DNA of 64,000 bases, from positions 1 through 64,000 of IMG/VR virus record IMGVR_UViG_3300009155_000040. One strand, given 5' to 3'. Positions 9,325-17,352 of this stretch are shown here, piece by piece. A program made the position numbers and the translations under genes. Numbering within the stretch: the stretch's first letter is position 1; each line of letters begins with the position of its first letter. The notes under the pieces are model-generated. The model did not search any database. It was not told the origin of the DNA and saw nothing but the letters and a program-made list of their open reading frames with translations. The DNA is from a virus.

Positions 9325-9878
9325 AACGTGACTATGACACAGGTGTAGCAGACAGCATTACATTCTTTACAGGTGTAGAGATTGAAAAAACTCCTGCGTA
9401 TGGAATGAAAACTCTATTTGTAGTAGGAGTTCATGATCCATATACTATTTTAGAAATGGTTGCTGAAAGCCGTTCATACACAGACAAGTCTAAACATATT
9501 ACACATATCTATTTTGGTGCTAATCAAAGTTTTAAAACCAAAGGCGTAAATGATGTCGAAACATGGCGTCCTTGGGAGAATATGATCTATGTTTGTTTAG
9601 ACAGTGAATATGATCTTTGGTGTACTCTAGACTTTGATGTCTGCGAAGTAGAAGGCTTGTTAGAAAGCGGACTTGTCGAGAAGCGTCAATTTATCCCGCA
9701 AATTTCGGTTAAACTACCCTATTTACAACAGCTGGGATATAATGCTACAATCAAGATAGACGACAAAGATTTTAAAGCAACTAATCCTGGAGTGTGGTGC
9801 CATAACCTCCATGACCTACTAGATAGAAATAAGTTTACTAGTTGGGACCAATATGGTAAGGATGAGATTATAAAATGA
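9321..9878 (+). CDS. Hypothetical protein within the deazaguanine cluster
   Basis: ORF track; globular with HIYFGANQSF and WCH motifs. Confidence 0.7.
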   Translation: MKRDYDTGVADSITFFTGVEIEKTPAYGMKTLFVVGVHDPYTILEMVAESRSYTDKSKHITHIYFGANQSFKTKGVNDVETWRPWENMIYVCLDSEYDLWCTLDFDVCEVEGLLESGLVEKRQFIPQISVKLPYLQQLGYNATIKIDDKDFKATNPGVWCHNLHDLLDRNKFTSWDQYGKDEIIK

Positions 9879-10255
9879 GTGGTGGATATGCAGTAGCAAC
9901 GGCCAAAAGTCCGAGGCGTATACCTCGAATCACTGGCTCTAACCGTATCGGTCGTACAAGCCCTCCCAGAGAAATTCAAACTATGAAACTAACATTTAAA
10001 CAACGTATTCGAAACTGGTTAATGAATGACAGCGACGACTGTGAACAAGTTTATGCTGAAGACTGTGCTGGGCTAGAGCTTCAATCTAATAGCTTCCGCC
10101 TAAATATCTATGGTGCTAGTGGTGGCACTATTATCGAAACTACCAAGTACGACCGTAAGAGCGATGAGAATCGCCATAGTCTACATGTAGTCACTGAAGA
10201 TAAAGATCTCGGTGAAGAACTCAGCAAAATTATCACTATGGAGCAATTACGATGA
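9875..10255 (+). CDS. Hypothetical protein
   Basis: ORF track; ATGA overlaps at both ends. Confidence 0.65.
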   Translation: MSGGYAVATAKSPRRIPRITGSNRIGRTSPPREIQTMKLTFKQRIRNWLMNDSDDCEQVYAEDCAGLELQSNSFRLNIYGASGGTIIETTKYDRKSDENRHSLHVVTEDKDLGEELSKIITMEQLR

Positions 10256-10479
10256 TGCACGAAAGTATTGAAGTTAAACACTTCACAGTAAAAAACAATC
10301 CTGGATTCCGTGTTCGTGTTGAACAATGGGAAGTTATTAGTCCTAAAGGTTTGTACTCTTTGAATTTTATTCAAGAGAGTCTTAAAGACGATGGCACTGT
10401 GCAAGATAGTCAAATTTACAATTTCTTTATGACTAAAGAAGAAATTAAAACTCTAACAGAAGGATTGCTAAGTGAGTAA
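10252..10479 (+). CDS. Hypothetical protein
   Basis: ORF track. Confidence 0.6.
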   Translation: MMHESIEVKHFTVKNNPGFRVRVEQWEVISPKGLYSLNFIQESLKDDGTVQDSQIYNFFMTKEEIKTLTEGLLSE

Positions 10480-10873
10480 TACACTTCGACAAGATTGGCG
10501 TCCTAATAAAATGATATGGGTTACTTTCCGTAAGGAAGGCATTCATAAATACCCTGCGGCGCTGACAGATCCAGCGTTGGCTACAGGAGACGAATATGAC
10601 GTATCTTTTTTGGGTTATCCTCACCGCCACATCTTTCATTTCAGGGTGTGGATCAGTGTGCTCCACAATGACAGGGATATCGAGTTCATCCAGTTCAAAC
10701 GATGGCTCGAGTCGCTGTATAATGGTCAAGGTGCCGTTCTAAGCCTTGATTTCAAGAGTTGTGAAATGATGTCAGACGATCTGTTTGATGTTATTTCCAA
10801 TAAGTATCCAGGTCGCGAGATCTGGATTGAGATCTCCGAAGACGGAGAAAATGGTTCATTTATCAAATATTAA
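10472..10873 (+). CDS. T-fold QueD/PTPS paralog with L-x3-HRH-x-F motif (DpdL-like candidate)
   Basis: EGIH…LGYPHRHIF…SCEMMS…EDGENG maps onto QueD H…C-x3-HGH…TAENIA…E, with Leu at the catalytic Cys position. Confidence 0.7.
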   Translation: MSNTLRQDWRPNKMIWVTFRKEGIHKYPAALTDPALATGDEYDVSFLGYPHRHIFHFRVWISVLHNDRDIEFIQFKRWLESLYNGQGAVLSLDFKSCEMMSDDLFDVISNKYPGREIWIEISEDGENGSFIKY

Positions 10874-10885
10874 CAAGAGGCTGCA

Positions 10886-11131
10886 ATGGCTAGAAACTAT
10901 AAAGATTATTCATATTTTGAAAATCGTCCTGATGTTGTGCGGGTCTTTGATGACCTGGATGCATATCTCAACTACTGTCGTATTGAGTTATGTGATTTTA
11001 ACCCTGCGGATCTTTATCGCAAAGATTCTGCAATTTATCAGGCTTACTTAAACAGTAAGCGACCACGGAGACCATACCAAGGTAATAAACCTAGGTTTGA
11101 AAAAAGACGTAATGACAATTTTTCTCGTTGA
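10886..11131 (+). CDS. Hypothetical protein
   Basis: ORF track; GAGG SD. Confidence 0.65.
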   Translation: MARNYKDYSYFENRPDVVRVFDDLDAYLNYCRIELCDFNPADLYRKDSAIYQAYLNSKRPRRPYQGNKPRFEKRRNDNFSR

Positions 11132-12185
11132 TTTAGAATCAGTCGAAACAAGGTACACGGGACAATGGAAGTCCCATGTGCCTGCGCTCCTACGAAAGGA
11201 AGGACACAATGTTCAAATTATCTCTGGCCCTACGGATATTCCTACAGCCACTACTCCTGGTGCTTTCCTTAATTTTGGTGGTACCAATATATACAAGTCT
11301 GCTCAAGTTGAGCAGATGGGCCGTTTATTTTGTAACGGAGCCGTTCATCCCGGCGATCACTTTATTTTTACTGATGCTTGGCACCCAGGTATCATCAACT
11401 TAAAATACATGAGTGAGCTACTGGGCATACCAGTAACAACACACGGCTTATGGCATGCTGGTAGTTATGATCCTCAAGACTTTTTAGGTCGACTAGTTGG
11501 CAACAAGCCTTGGGTAAGACACTCAGAGAAAAGTTTCTTCCATGCGTTTGATCACAATTATTTTGCTACAGACTTTCATATTGATATGTTTGCACACAAT
11601 CTACTAAACATAGATTTTGAAACAGCAAAACTTTCATACATCGATAAAGGTAAAATTATTCGCACAGGTTGGCCAATGGAGTATATGCAAGATACCTTGG
11701 TGATGTACAAGAACATGCCCAAACGCGATCTTATATTGTTTCCGCATCGCATTGCTCCAGAGAAGCAAGTTGAGATTTTCCGTGACTTGGCTACACACTT
11801 GCCACAATACGAATTTGTAGTGTGTCAGGATCAACAGTTAACAAAGAATGAATACCATAACTTGTTAGGTGAGGCGAAGATGGTGTTCAGTGCCAACTTA
11901 CAAGAAACATTAGGCATCAGTTGGTATGAAGGTGCTGTAGTAGATGCCATTCCTATGGTTCCAGATCGTTTAAGTTACAGTGAAATGGCTTTGGATATTT
12001 TTAAATATCCTAGCAAGTGGACTGAAGACTATCACGCATACGAAGTATATCGTCCAGATCTATGTCGAAAAATTATCGAACATATGGATAATTACAAAAC
12101 TCGATTGCCAAGCCTAAATAAACAGGTATATGATTTAAAAGAAAACTTTTTTAGTTGTAATCCGTTACTAAAGAAGTTACAATAA
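11112..12185 (+). CDS. GT-B fold glycosyltransferase (GT4-like)
   Basis: C-domain motifs FPHRIAPEKQ and ETLGISWYEG (E-x-F/L-G-x4-E type); start moved to ATG 11112. Confidence 0.8.
   Translation: MTIFLVDLESVETRYTGQWKSHVPALLRKEGHNVQIISGPTDIPTATTPGAFLNFGGTNIYKSAQVEQMGRLFCNGAVHPGDHFIFTDAWHPGIINLKYMSELLGIPVTTHGLWHAGSYDPQDFLGRLVGNKPWVRHSEKSFFHAFDHNYFATDFHIDMFAHNLLNIDFETAKLSYIDKGKIIRTGWPMEYMQDTLVMYKNMPKRDLILFPHRIAPEKQVEIFRDLATHLPQYEFVVCQDQQLTKNEYHNLLGEAKMVFSANLQETLGISWYEGAVVDAIPMVPDRLSYSEMALDIFKYPSKWTEDYHAYEVYRPDLCRKIIEHMDNYKTRLPSLNKQVYDLKENFFSCNPLLKKLQ
12155..12183 (+). promoter_or_regulatory. Possible sigma70-type promoter for folE
   Basis: TTGTAA (12155-12160), 17 nt, TACAAT (12178-12183). Confidence 0.4.
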
Positions 12186-12225
12186 TAATATATGTCATCC
12201 ACGACATTAACTCGGAGAATTTTAA

Positions 12226-12990
12226 TTGACAACATTTACATCAGAAGATCTTCAAAGCGTACTTAAAGGCGCAGATGATATGAGCGACAAAGGTTACGAA
12301 GAAGGCTATCTAGGCGATGCTATTCGTTTTAAAATGAAACGTGATCGTAAACGTTTCTGGGCTGGCGATAATATCAGCGATTACGTTAGTGAAGCAGATA
12401 AAGAAATACTTATTGACGAAGCAACAGAAGCGTTTGAACGAGTATTGGATACATTGCTTATTGATCGTGAGAATGATCCAAACAGCAAAGGTACAGCCCG
12501 TCGACTGGCTAAAATGTACTTTAATGAAATAATGGCAGGGCGATATGATCCAGCACCAAATGCAACTGCTTTTCCAAATGATAGTGCAGATAGATATGAA
12601 GGAATGCTTGTGGTGCGAAGTGAGCTTCGTAGTATGTGCAGCCATCATCACCAGCCTGTTAGTGGCGTGGCTTACATTGGCATTATCGCAGCAAATAAGT
12701 TGATCGGACTTTCAAAGTATACTCGCATTGCACAATGGTGTGCTAAACGTGGGACACTACAAGAAGAACTATGCAATGATATTGCTAGAGAAATTCAAAA
12801 AGTCACAGGTGCTAACGATTTAGGTGTTTACATTCAAGCAGTCCACGGCTGTTGTGAGAATCGAGGCATTATGGCACATAGTTCATTGACGCAGACAACT
12901 GTGCTCAAAGGAGCATTTAATACAGATCCAGGTACAAAGAAAGAATTTTTCGACAACATTAAAATGCAACAAGAATTCGCACCACGTTAA
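12226..12990 (+). CDS. folE: GTP cyclohydrolase I
   Basis: SMCSHHHQP, LIGLSKYTRI, QEEL, HGCCENRG motifs; TTG start with GGAG SD; N-terminal extension. Confidence 0.95.
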   Translation: MTTFTSEDLQSVLKGADDMSDKGYEEGYLGDAIRFKMKRDRKRFWAGDNISDYVSEADKEILIDEATEAFERVLDTLLIDRENDPNSKGTARRLAKMYFNEIMAGRYDPAPNATAFPNDSADRYEGMLVVRSELRSMCSHHHQPVSGVAYIGIIAANKLIGLSKYTRIAQWCAKRGTLQEELCNDIAREIQKVTGANDLGVYIQAVHGCCENRGIMAHSSLTQTTVLKGAFNTDPGTKKEFFDNIKMQQEFAPR

Positions 12991-13001
12991 GGAGATAGAC
13001 G

Positions 13002-13202
13002 ATGCAGATAAGAGCAACTGAAAATACAGAAGCATTTGGAAAGTGTGGATGTGGCCGTAGCCCTACAGGTAAGTGTATCGGCTGGCATGGCCTCAATGAA
13101 GAGCAATTAACAGAAGCTCGAAGAGTTTGGGACTTAGAAGAATATAAAAAACAAGCTCAAACTCTTTGGAGTGATAGTTGTACCAGTGGGAGAGCCGAAT
13201 GA
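13002..13202 (+). CDS. CDGSH-like 3Cys-1His Fe-S protein
   Basis: CGCGRSPTGKCIGWH (C-x-C-x7-C-x3-H). Confidence 0.55.
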   Translation: MQIRATENTEAFGKCGCGRSPTGKCIGWHGLNEEQLTEARRVWDLEEYKKQAQTLWSDSCTSGRAE

Positions 13203-13417
13203 ACACAGCAAAGGATATAGCAGACACTCTAATCCATCGTGCTAAAAATTTACAAGAATTTATTGTGGAAAGAGATTGGGCACTTATTCCAGCAGGTGTT
13301 GTAAAATATGACATACAACATACTGTTGGTGAGCCTGCTCGTATCTTTGTACACGCAATGACACAAGAAGAAGCAGAACGTCAAGTTGACGACTGGTTTG
13401 GTGAAAGCGTAGAATGA
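13199..13417 (+). CDS. Hypothetical protein
   Basis: ORF track; start moved to the ATG overlapping the upstream stop. Confidence 0.6.
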   Translation: MNTAKDIADTLIHRAKNLQEFIVERDWALIPAGVVKYDIQHTVGEPARIFVHAMTQEEAERQVDDWFGESVE

Positions 13418-13824
13418 TTAAACCCTTGCGTGATGACTTAATGGTTCAACAGCAAGTAGATGATCCATGGCAACATTTTGTCGGTGTTATTATGCTTAAC
13501 CAAACTGGAAGAAAGGCTGTAAAAACTACATTGCCCGAATTTCTTTATTGGTTTCCTACCCCAATGGCGTTAATTAACGCAGAGGAAGAATTTGTTAAAA
13601 GCATTATACAACCACTAGGTATGGTTAATGTCCGTTATAATCGATTAGTTAAGATGAGTTGGGATTATTTGACTTGGGACAGAAATGATGCTACAATGTT
13701 ATATGGCATTGGAAAGTATGGTTCCGACAGCTATGAAATCTTTTACAAGCACAACTACACAGTCGAGCCAACCGATAAAGAATTAAAACGATACTTAGCA
13801 GAGGAAGTATTTGATGTTGCTTAA
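13414..13824 (+). CDS. MBD4-like HhH-GPD DNA glycosylase (minimal)
   Basis: PWQHFVGVIMLNQT…PLGM…LYGIGKYGSDSYEIF…PTDKELKRY closely follows the MBD4 catalytic domain. Confidence 0.8.
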   Translation: MIKPLRDDLMVQQQVDDPWQHFVGVIMLNQTGRKAVKTTLPEFLYWFPTPMALINAEEEFVKSIIQPLGMVNVRYNRLVKMSWDYLTWDRNDATMLYGIGKYGSDSYEIFYKHNYTVEPTDKELKRYLAEEVFDVA

Positions 13825-14287
13825 ACTCCTTGAACGATTAGGTCGCAAGCGTATTATTATGGATCGTGTACACGATGAACCATTGCTGACTCGTTATTAC
13901 TTGTTTTTAACAGATCGTAAATGGTTTCCATTTAATATATTCTTACACAAATTTCATAAAGGCGATCCCGGTGATGTACACGATCATCCATGGCCCTACG
14001 CTACACTGATATTGAAAGGCGGTTACTATGAATACACTCCTAATTTTGAAAATGGCAAAATGGTTGGAGAGACTAAGCATTGGCGCGGTCCTGGGCATTT
14101 CCGCATTTGTGGTTCTAACAGCTACCATCGTATCGAATTGGTTCCTGGAATAACTGCTTGGACACTGTTTATGCCAGGTCCACATAAACGTGAGTGGGGA
14201 TTTTTAGTTAATAACAAATGGATACAAAACGATCAATATCTAAAGGAGAGATATGAACAAGCTCATAATCAATCAGCAAGAACTTAA
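13814..14287 (+). CDS. Cupin-fold metalloprotein
   Basis: HDHPW…GGYYE…YHRIEL cupin metal-binding pattern. Confidence 0.7.
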   Translation: MLLKLLERLGRKRIIMDRVHDEPLLTRYYLFLTDRKWFPFNIFLHKFHKGDPGDVHDHPWPYATLILKGGYYEYTPNFENGKMVGETKHWRGPGHFRICGSNSYHRIELVPGITAWTLFMPGPHKREWGFLVNNKWIQNDQYLKERYEQAHNQSART

Positions 14288-14762
14288 TGGTTTAGTTAAT
14301 AAGATATGTCGCGACATTGTTATCAGTGATTGGCGTCCGGATTATGTTGTAGGCATAAGTCGCGGAGGATTGATTCCTGCCATTATGATTAGTCACTATC
14401 TAAATATTCCAATGCGTCCATTGCAGGTAAGTCTGCGTGATGGCGGAGATTGCGTAAGCGATTTAGGTATGGCGGAAGATGCATTTGGACATTTAGAGAA
14501 TCTTAAAAACATTCTCCTAGTAGATGACATCAACGACACTGGTGCTACATTTAATTGGATCATGAAAGATTGGCCAAGTGGTTGTTTTCCTGATGATCCT
14601 ACCTGGGAAGAAGTATGGAACGACAATGTAAGGTTTGCTGTTGTTGTTGATAATCTATCTAGCAAATGTGAAGCACCAATGGACTATGTTGGTAAAGAAA
14701 TCAACAAAGCAGAGAACGATGTCTGGGTTGATTTTCCTTGGGAAGATTGGTGGGCAAAATGA
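14253..14762 (+). CDS. Type I purine phosphoribosyltransferase (Gpt-like)
   Basis: VVGISRGGLIPA, PRPP-binding LLVDDINDTGAT, C-terminal WVDFPWE. Confidence 0.88.
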   Translation: MNKLIINQQELNGLVNKICRDIVISDWRPDYVVGISRGGLIPAIMISHYLNIPMRPLQVSLRDGGDCVSDLGMAEDAFGHLENLKNILLVDDINDTGATFNWIMKDWPSGCFPDDPTWEEVWNDNVRFAVVVDNLSSKCEAPMDYVGKEINKAENDVWVDFPWEDWWAK

Positions 14763-14986
14763 TTGATTCAAAAATCAAAGTACATTGCACTGATGCTGGT
14801 AAAGATTTCGACATGCATGTATTGGGCTACAAGCCTAAAGCATTTTTAGAAGTTGCATTTCAAACAATCAAAATGCGTTTGGCCTATATGGAACGTACTC
14901 GAGCGTTTGTTGGCAGTTTAGGCGGGCGTGAATTTGTCATTCGTGAAGATGCGCTGCCCACAGAAAGAAAGGAATACAAACGATGA
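14759..14986 (+). CDS. Hypothetical protein
   Basis: ORF track; start moved to the ATGA overlap. Confidence 0.6.
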   Translation: MIDSKIKVHCTDAGKDFDMHVLGYKPKAFLEVAFQTIKMRLAYMERTRAFVGSLGGREFVIREDALPTERKEYKR

Positions 14987-15369
14987 GAGAAGTAATTATG
15001 GAAGGACAACCTTCCGCAATTGAAGATTCAAATGCACCATGGGATAGTCTTGTTGAAGAAGACTTTCATGTTAAAGTGTTTTCAGACAAATATCCTGTAA
15101 CTGAAGGACATTTATTATTTGTGCCTAAATATAACACTGTAAGTGTTCTTATGAATGCATTTGAAGATGCAGTTCGAGACGGAATGCGTATGGTAGAAGC
15201 TGGAGAGTGTGACGGATTTAATGTAGGATTTAATTATGGTGCTACTGCTGGACAGACTGTTGGCTGGCCACATGTGCATTTAATTCCTCGACGCAATGGC
15301 GACATGGAAGATCCCACAGGCGGTGTTCGACACGTGATTCCAGAACGGGGTAATTATAGGAAATGGTAA
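14983..15369 (+). CDS. HIT-family nucleotide hydrolase
   Basis: GHLLFVPK, GFNVGFNYG…AGQTV.WPHVHLIPR. Confidence 0.85.
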   Translation: MREVIMEGQPSAIEDSNAPWDSLVEEDFHVKVFSDKYPVTEGHLLFVPKYNTVSVLMNAFEDAVRDGMRMVEAGECDGFNVGFNYGATAGQTVGWPHVHLIPRRNGDMEDPTGGVRHVIPERGNYRKW

Positions 15370-16190
15370 TGTCAAGAACTTTGTTCATTGGTGATAGTCA
15401 TACTTGCGGTTATGTTGCAGTTCCTGGAAAAGTAGGCCCGGGTAGTTATAGCTTTTGGAACGACAATAGCTATTGCGATCTGTACAGCAACGAAAATAAA
15501 AAACCCATTGCTGTCTATGCAATGGCAGGTGTTAACAACCGTGTATACACTGACTGGCTTAAAACCATGTTTGAAAGATACAGTGAAATTGACGAAGTAT
15601 TTCTTTGCATGTCTGCATTAAATCGATTTACGATTGCATACGATCCGGGTTTAATTGATGAACCCATTGCCGTTGACAACTTTACAATATTTGACAAGAC
15701 AGCATCTACAGATATGATACATCGTTATGCTGATTTGACTATGGCAAATGAAAGAGCTCAGTTATTTCAAAAGCCAATTTATAACGATTACGCCGATCCT
15801 CCTTCTTTTGAGATTAGTCCAGAAAAAGGTCTGGTTGATCCGGATCTTAGAAAAGACACTTTTATGAAAATTAAATTGTTCTTTGATCTAAATACCTATA
15901 CAGAAAAACGTGATTTTTTAAATTGCGTATACACATGGGATAATATCTGTAACGATCACGGCGCCAAATTGTATCTTTTTAATTTTACAGAACGATTAAA
16001 ATATCCTAGCAATTTTGAATACTACGGCAAATTAAAATGTACGAAGATAGCACCCAAAACTGTAGAGAAATTTTTCTCAGGACGAATGGTTGATCATTCA
16101 AAATATCTATTATCAGATAAAGAACATTACGATAAAACATATCATCACATGATTGCTACACAATATATTCCGTGGTTACGATCTTTATGA
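15369..16190 (+). CDS. SGNH/GDSL-like hydrolase
   Basis: N-terminal LFIGDSHTCG and C-terminal D..H (DKEHY). Confidence 0.6.
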   Translation: MSRTLFIGDSHTCGYVAVPGKVGPGSYSFWNDNSYCDLYSNENKKPIAVYAMAGVNNRVYTDWLKTMFERYSEIDEVFLCMSALNRFTIAYDPGLIDEPIAVDNFTIFDKTASTDMIHRYADLTMANERAQLFQKPIYNDYADPPSFEISPEKGLVDPDLRKDTFMKIKLFFDLNTYTEKRDFLNCVYTWDNICNDHGAKLYLFNFTERLKYPSNFEYYGKLKCTKIAPKTVEKFFSGRMVDHSKYLLSDKEHYDKTYHHMIATQYIPWLRSL

Positions 16191-16762
16191 AATTGTTAAT
16201 TGCAGGAGACAGCTTTGCCGCACCGTGGCCCAATGCAACTACAGGTTGGGTTAATCTTCTTGCAGAAAAATATAATGTTGTCAACATTGCTCAACCGGGT
16301 ATAAGTGAGTATAAGATACTAAAACAGATCGAATCTCAAAACGTTAATAACTTTGATCTTGTTATTGTGAGCCATACTAGTCCTAGCAGATTACATACTA
16401 AAAATCATCCGATACACAAAGAAGGCTTTCACAAAGACTGTGATTTAATTCTTAACGATTTAATCGATAGACCTTCGCTAGGCAACCCAAGTTTAAAAGC
16501 AGCTCAAGAGTATTTTAAGTATCACTATGATGATAACTATCAAATTGACATTTATAATTTAATTAGAAAACAAATCAATTCATTAATTAATGTGCCGTAT
16601 GTTAGTATATCGCATGTTGACATTGCTAACGAACTAGCGATAGAAACTGATCACATTGATTTTAGTCATCTTTGGTCTAAGGAACGAGGAACTGTAAATC
16701 ATTACACTGAAGAAGGCAATCGTGAAATATTTAAAAAGTTAGAGGAAATTATCAGTGAATGA
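16187..16762 (+). CDS. SGNH/GDSL-like hydrolase
   Basis: LIAGDSFA, NIAQPGISE, VNHYTEEGN. Confidence 0.65.
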   Translation: MKLLIAGDSFAAPWPNATTGWVNLLAEKYNVVNIAQPGISEYKILKQIESQNVNNFDLVIVSHTSPSRLHTKNHPIHKEGFHKDCDLILNDLIDRPSLGNPSLKAAQEYFKYHYDDNYQIDIYNLIRKQINSLINVPYVSISHVDIANELAIETDHIDFSHLWSKERGTVNHYTEEGNREIFKKLEEIISE

Positions 16763-16949
16763 AATAGTAATCCTGTGGGATAACCAAAAAGGATTTTGGT
16801 GGAATGAAACCTGTGCCATGATATTGGAACACTTTGGATTACCTGGCGAACGATATACTAGTCATCCAGAGACCGATCAAATGACATTTAAATTTTTTAA
16901 CGAACACGATGCATTACTGTGTAAAATACTGTTAAGTGATAGAATATGA
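16755..16949 (+). CDS. Hypothetical protein
   Basis: ORF track (GTG start, GAGG SD). Confidence 0.55.
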   Translation: MNEIVILWDNQKGFWWNETCAMILEHFGLPGERYTSHPETDQMTFKFFNEHDALLCKILLSDRI

Positions 16950-17164
16950 AAAAAGACATAATTATAGCAATTATATTATTTGCACTTGCTGTATCTATTA
17001 TGGTGTTTAGCGATATAGATAAACATGGAGTGAGGGTGTACAATTGTGGATTGGCTGAAATTAGTCCTGACTATCCCGTTGAAGTTCGAGATGAATGTAG
17101 AAAATTACACCTAGAAGAATATCAAAAACAATTTGAAACCAATAGAAAGACAATATCAATATGA
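16946..17164 (+). CDS. Small protein with N-terminal TM/signal helix
   Basis: IIIAIILFALAVSIMVF, then two Cys. Confidence 0.6.
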   Translation: MKKDIIIAIILFALAVSIMVFSDIDKHGVRVYNCGLAEISPDYPVEVRDECRKLHLEEYQKQFETNRKTISI

Positions 17165-17346
17165 ATAAATGGACATTAACAATTGAGGAAGATCCGGATA
17201 CAAAAGAATTAGTTCTTCCATTCACTGATGAAATTTTGGAGACTGTTGGGTGGAAATCTGGAGACACCATTGTTTGGAAAAACAATAATAACGGTACGTG
17301 GACGTTGACAAAAAAGATTGACAAGATCGATGAAAAGAGTGTATAA
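17161..17346 (+). CDS. AbrB/SpoVT-like swapped-hairpin DNA-binding protein
   Basis: LVLPFTDEILETVGWKSGDTIVW pattern. Confidence 0.55.
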   Translation: MNKWTLTIEEDPDTKELVLPFTDEILETVGWKSGDTIVWKNNNNGTWTLTKKIDKIDEKSV

Positions 17347-17347
17347 T
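17318..17347 (+). promoter_or_regulatory. sigma70-type promoter for queE
   Basis: TTGACA (17318-17323), 18 nt, TATAAT (17342-17347). Confidence 0.7.
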
Positions 17348-17352
17348 ATATT

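Noticed and set aside
12192-12222. Canonical preQ1-I riboswitch call
   Set aside because: The loop is only 6 nt and the A-rich 3' tail is missing; kept only as a non-canonical candidate
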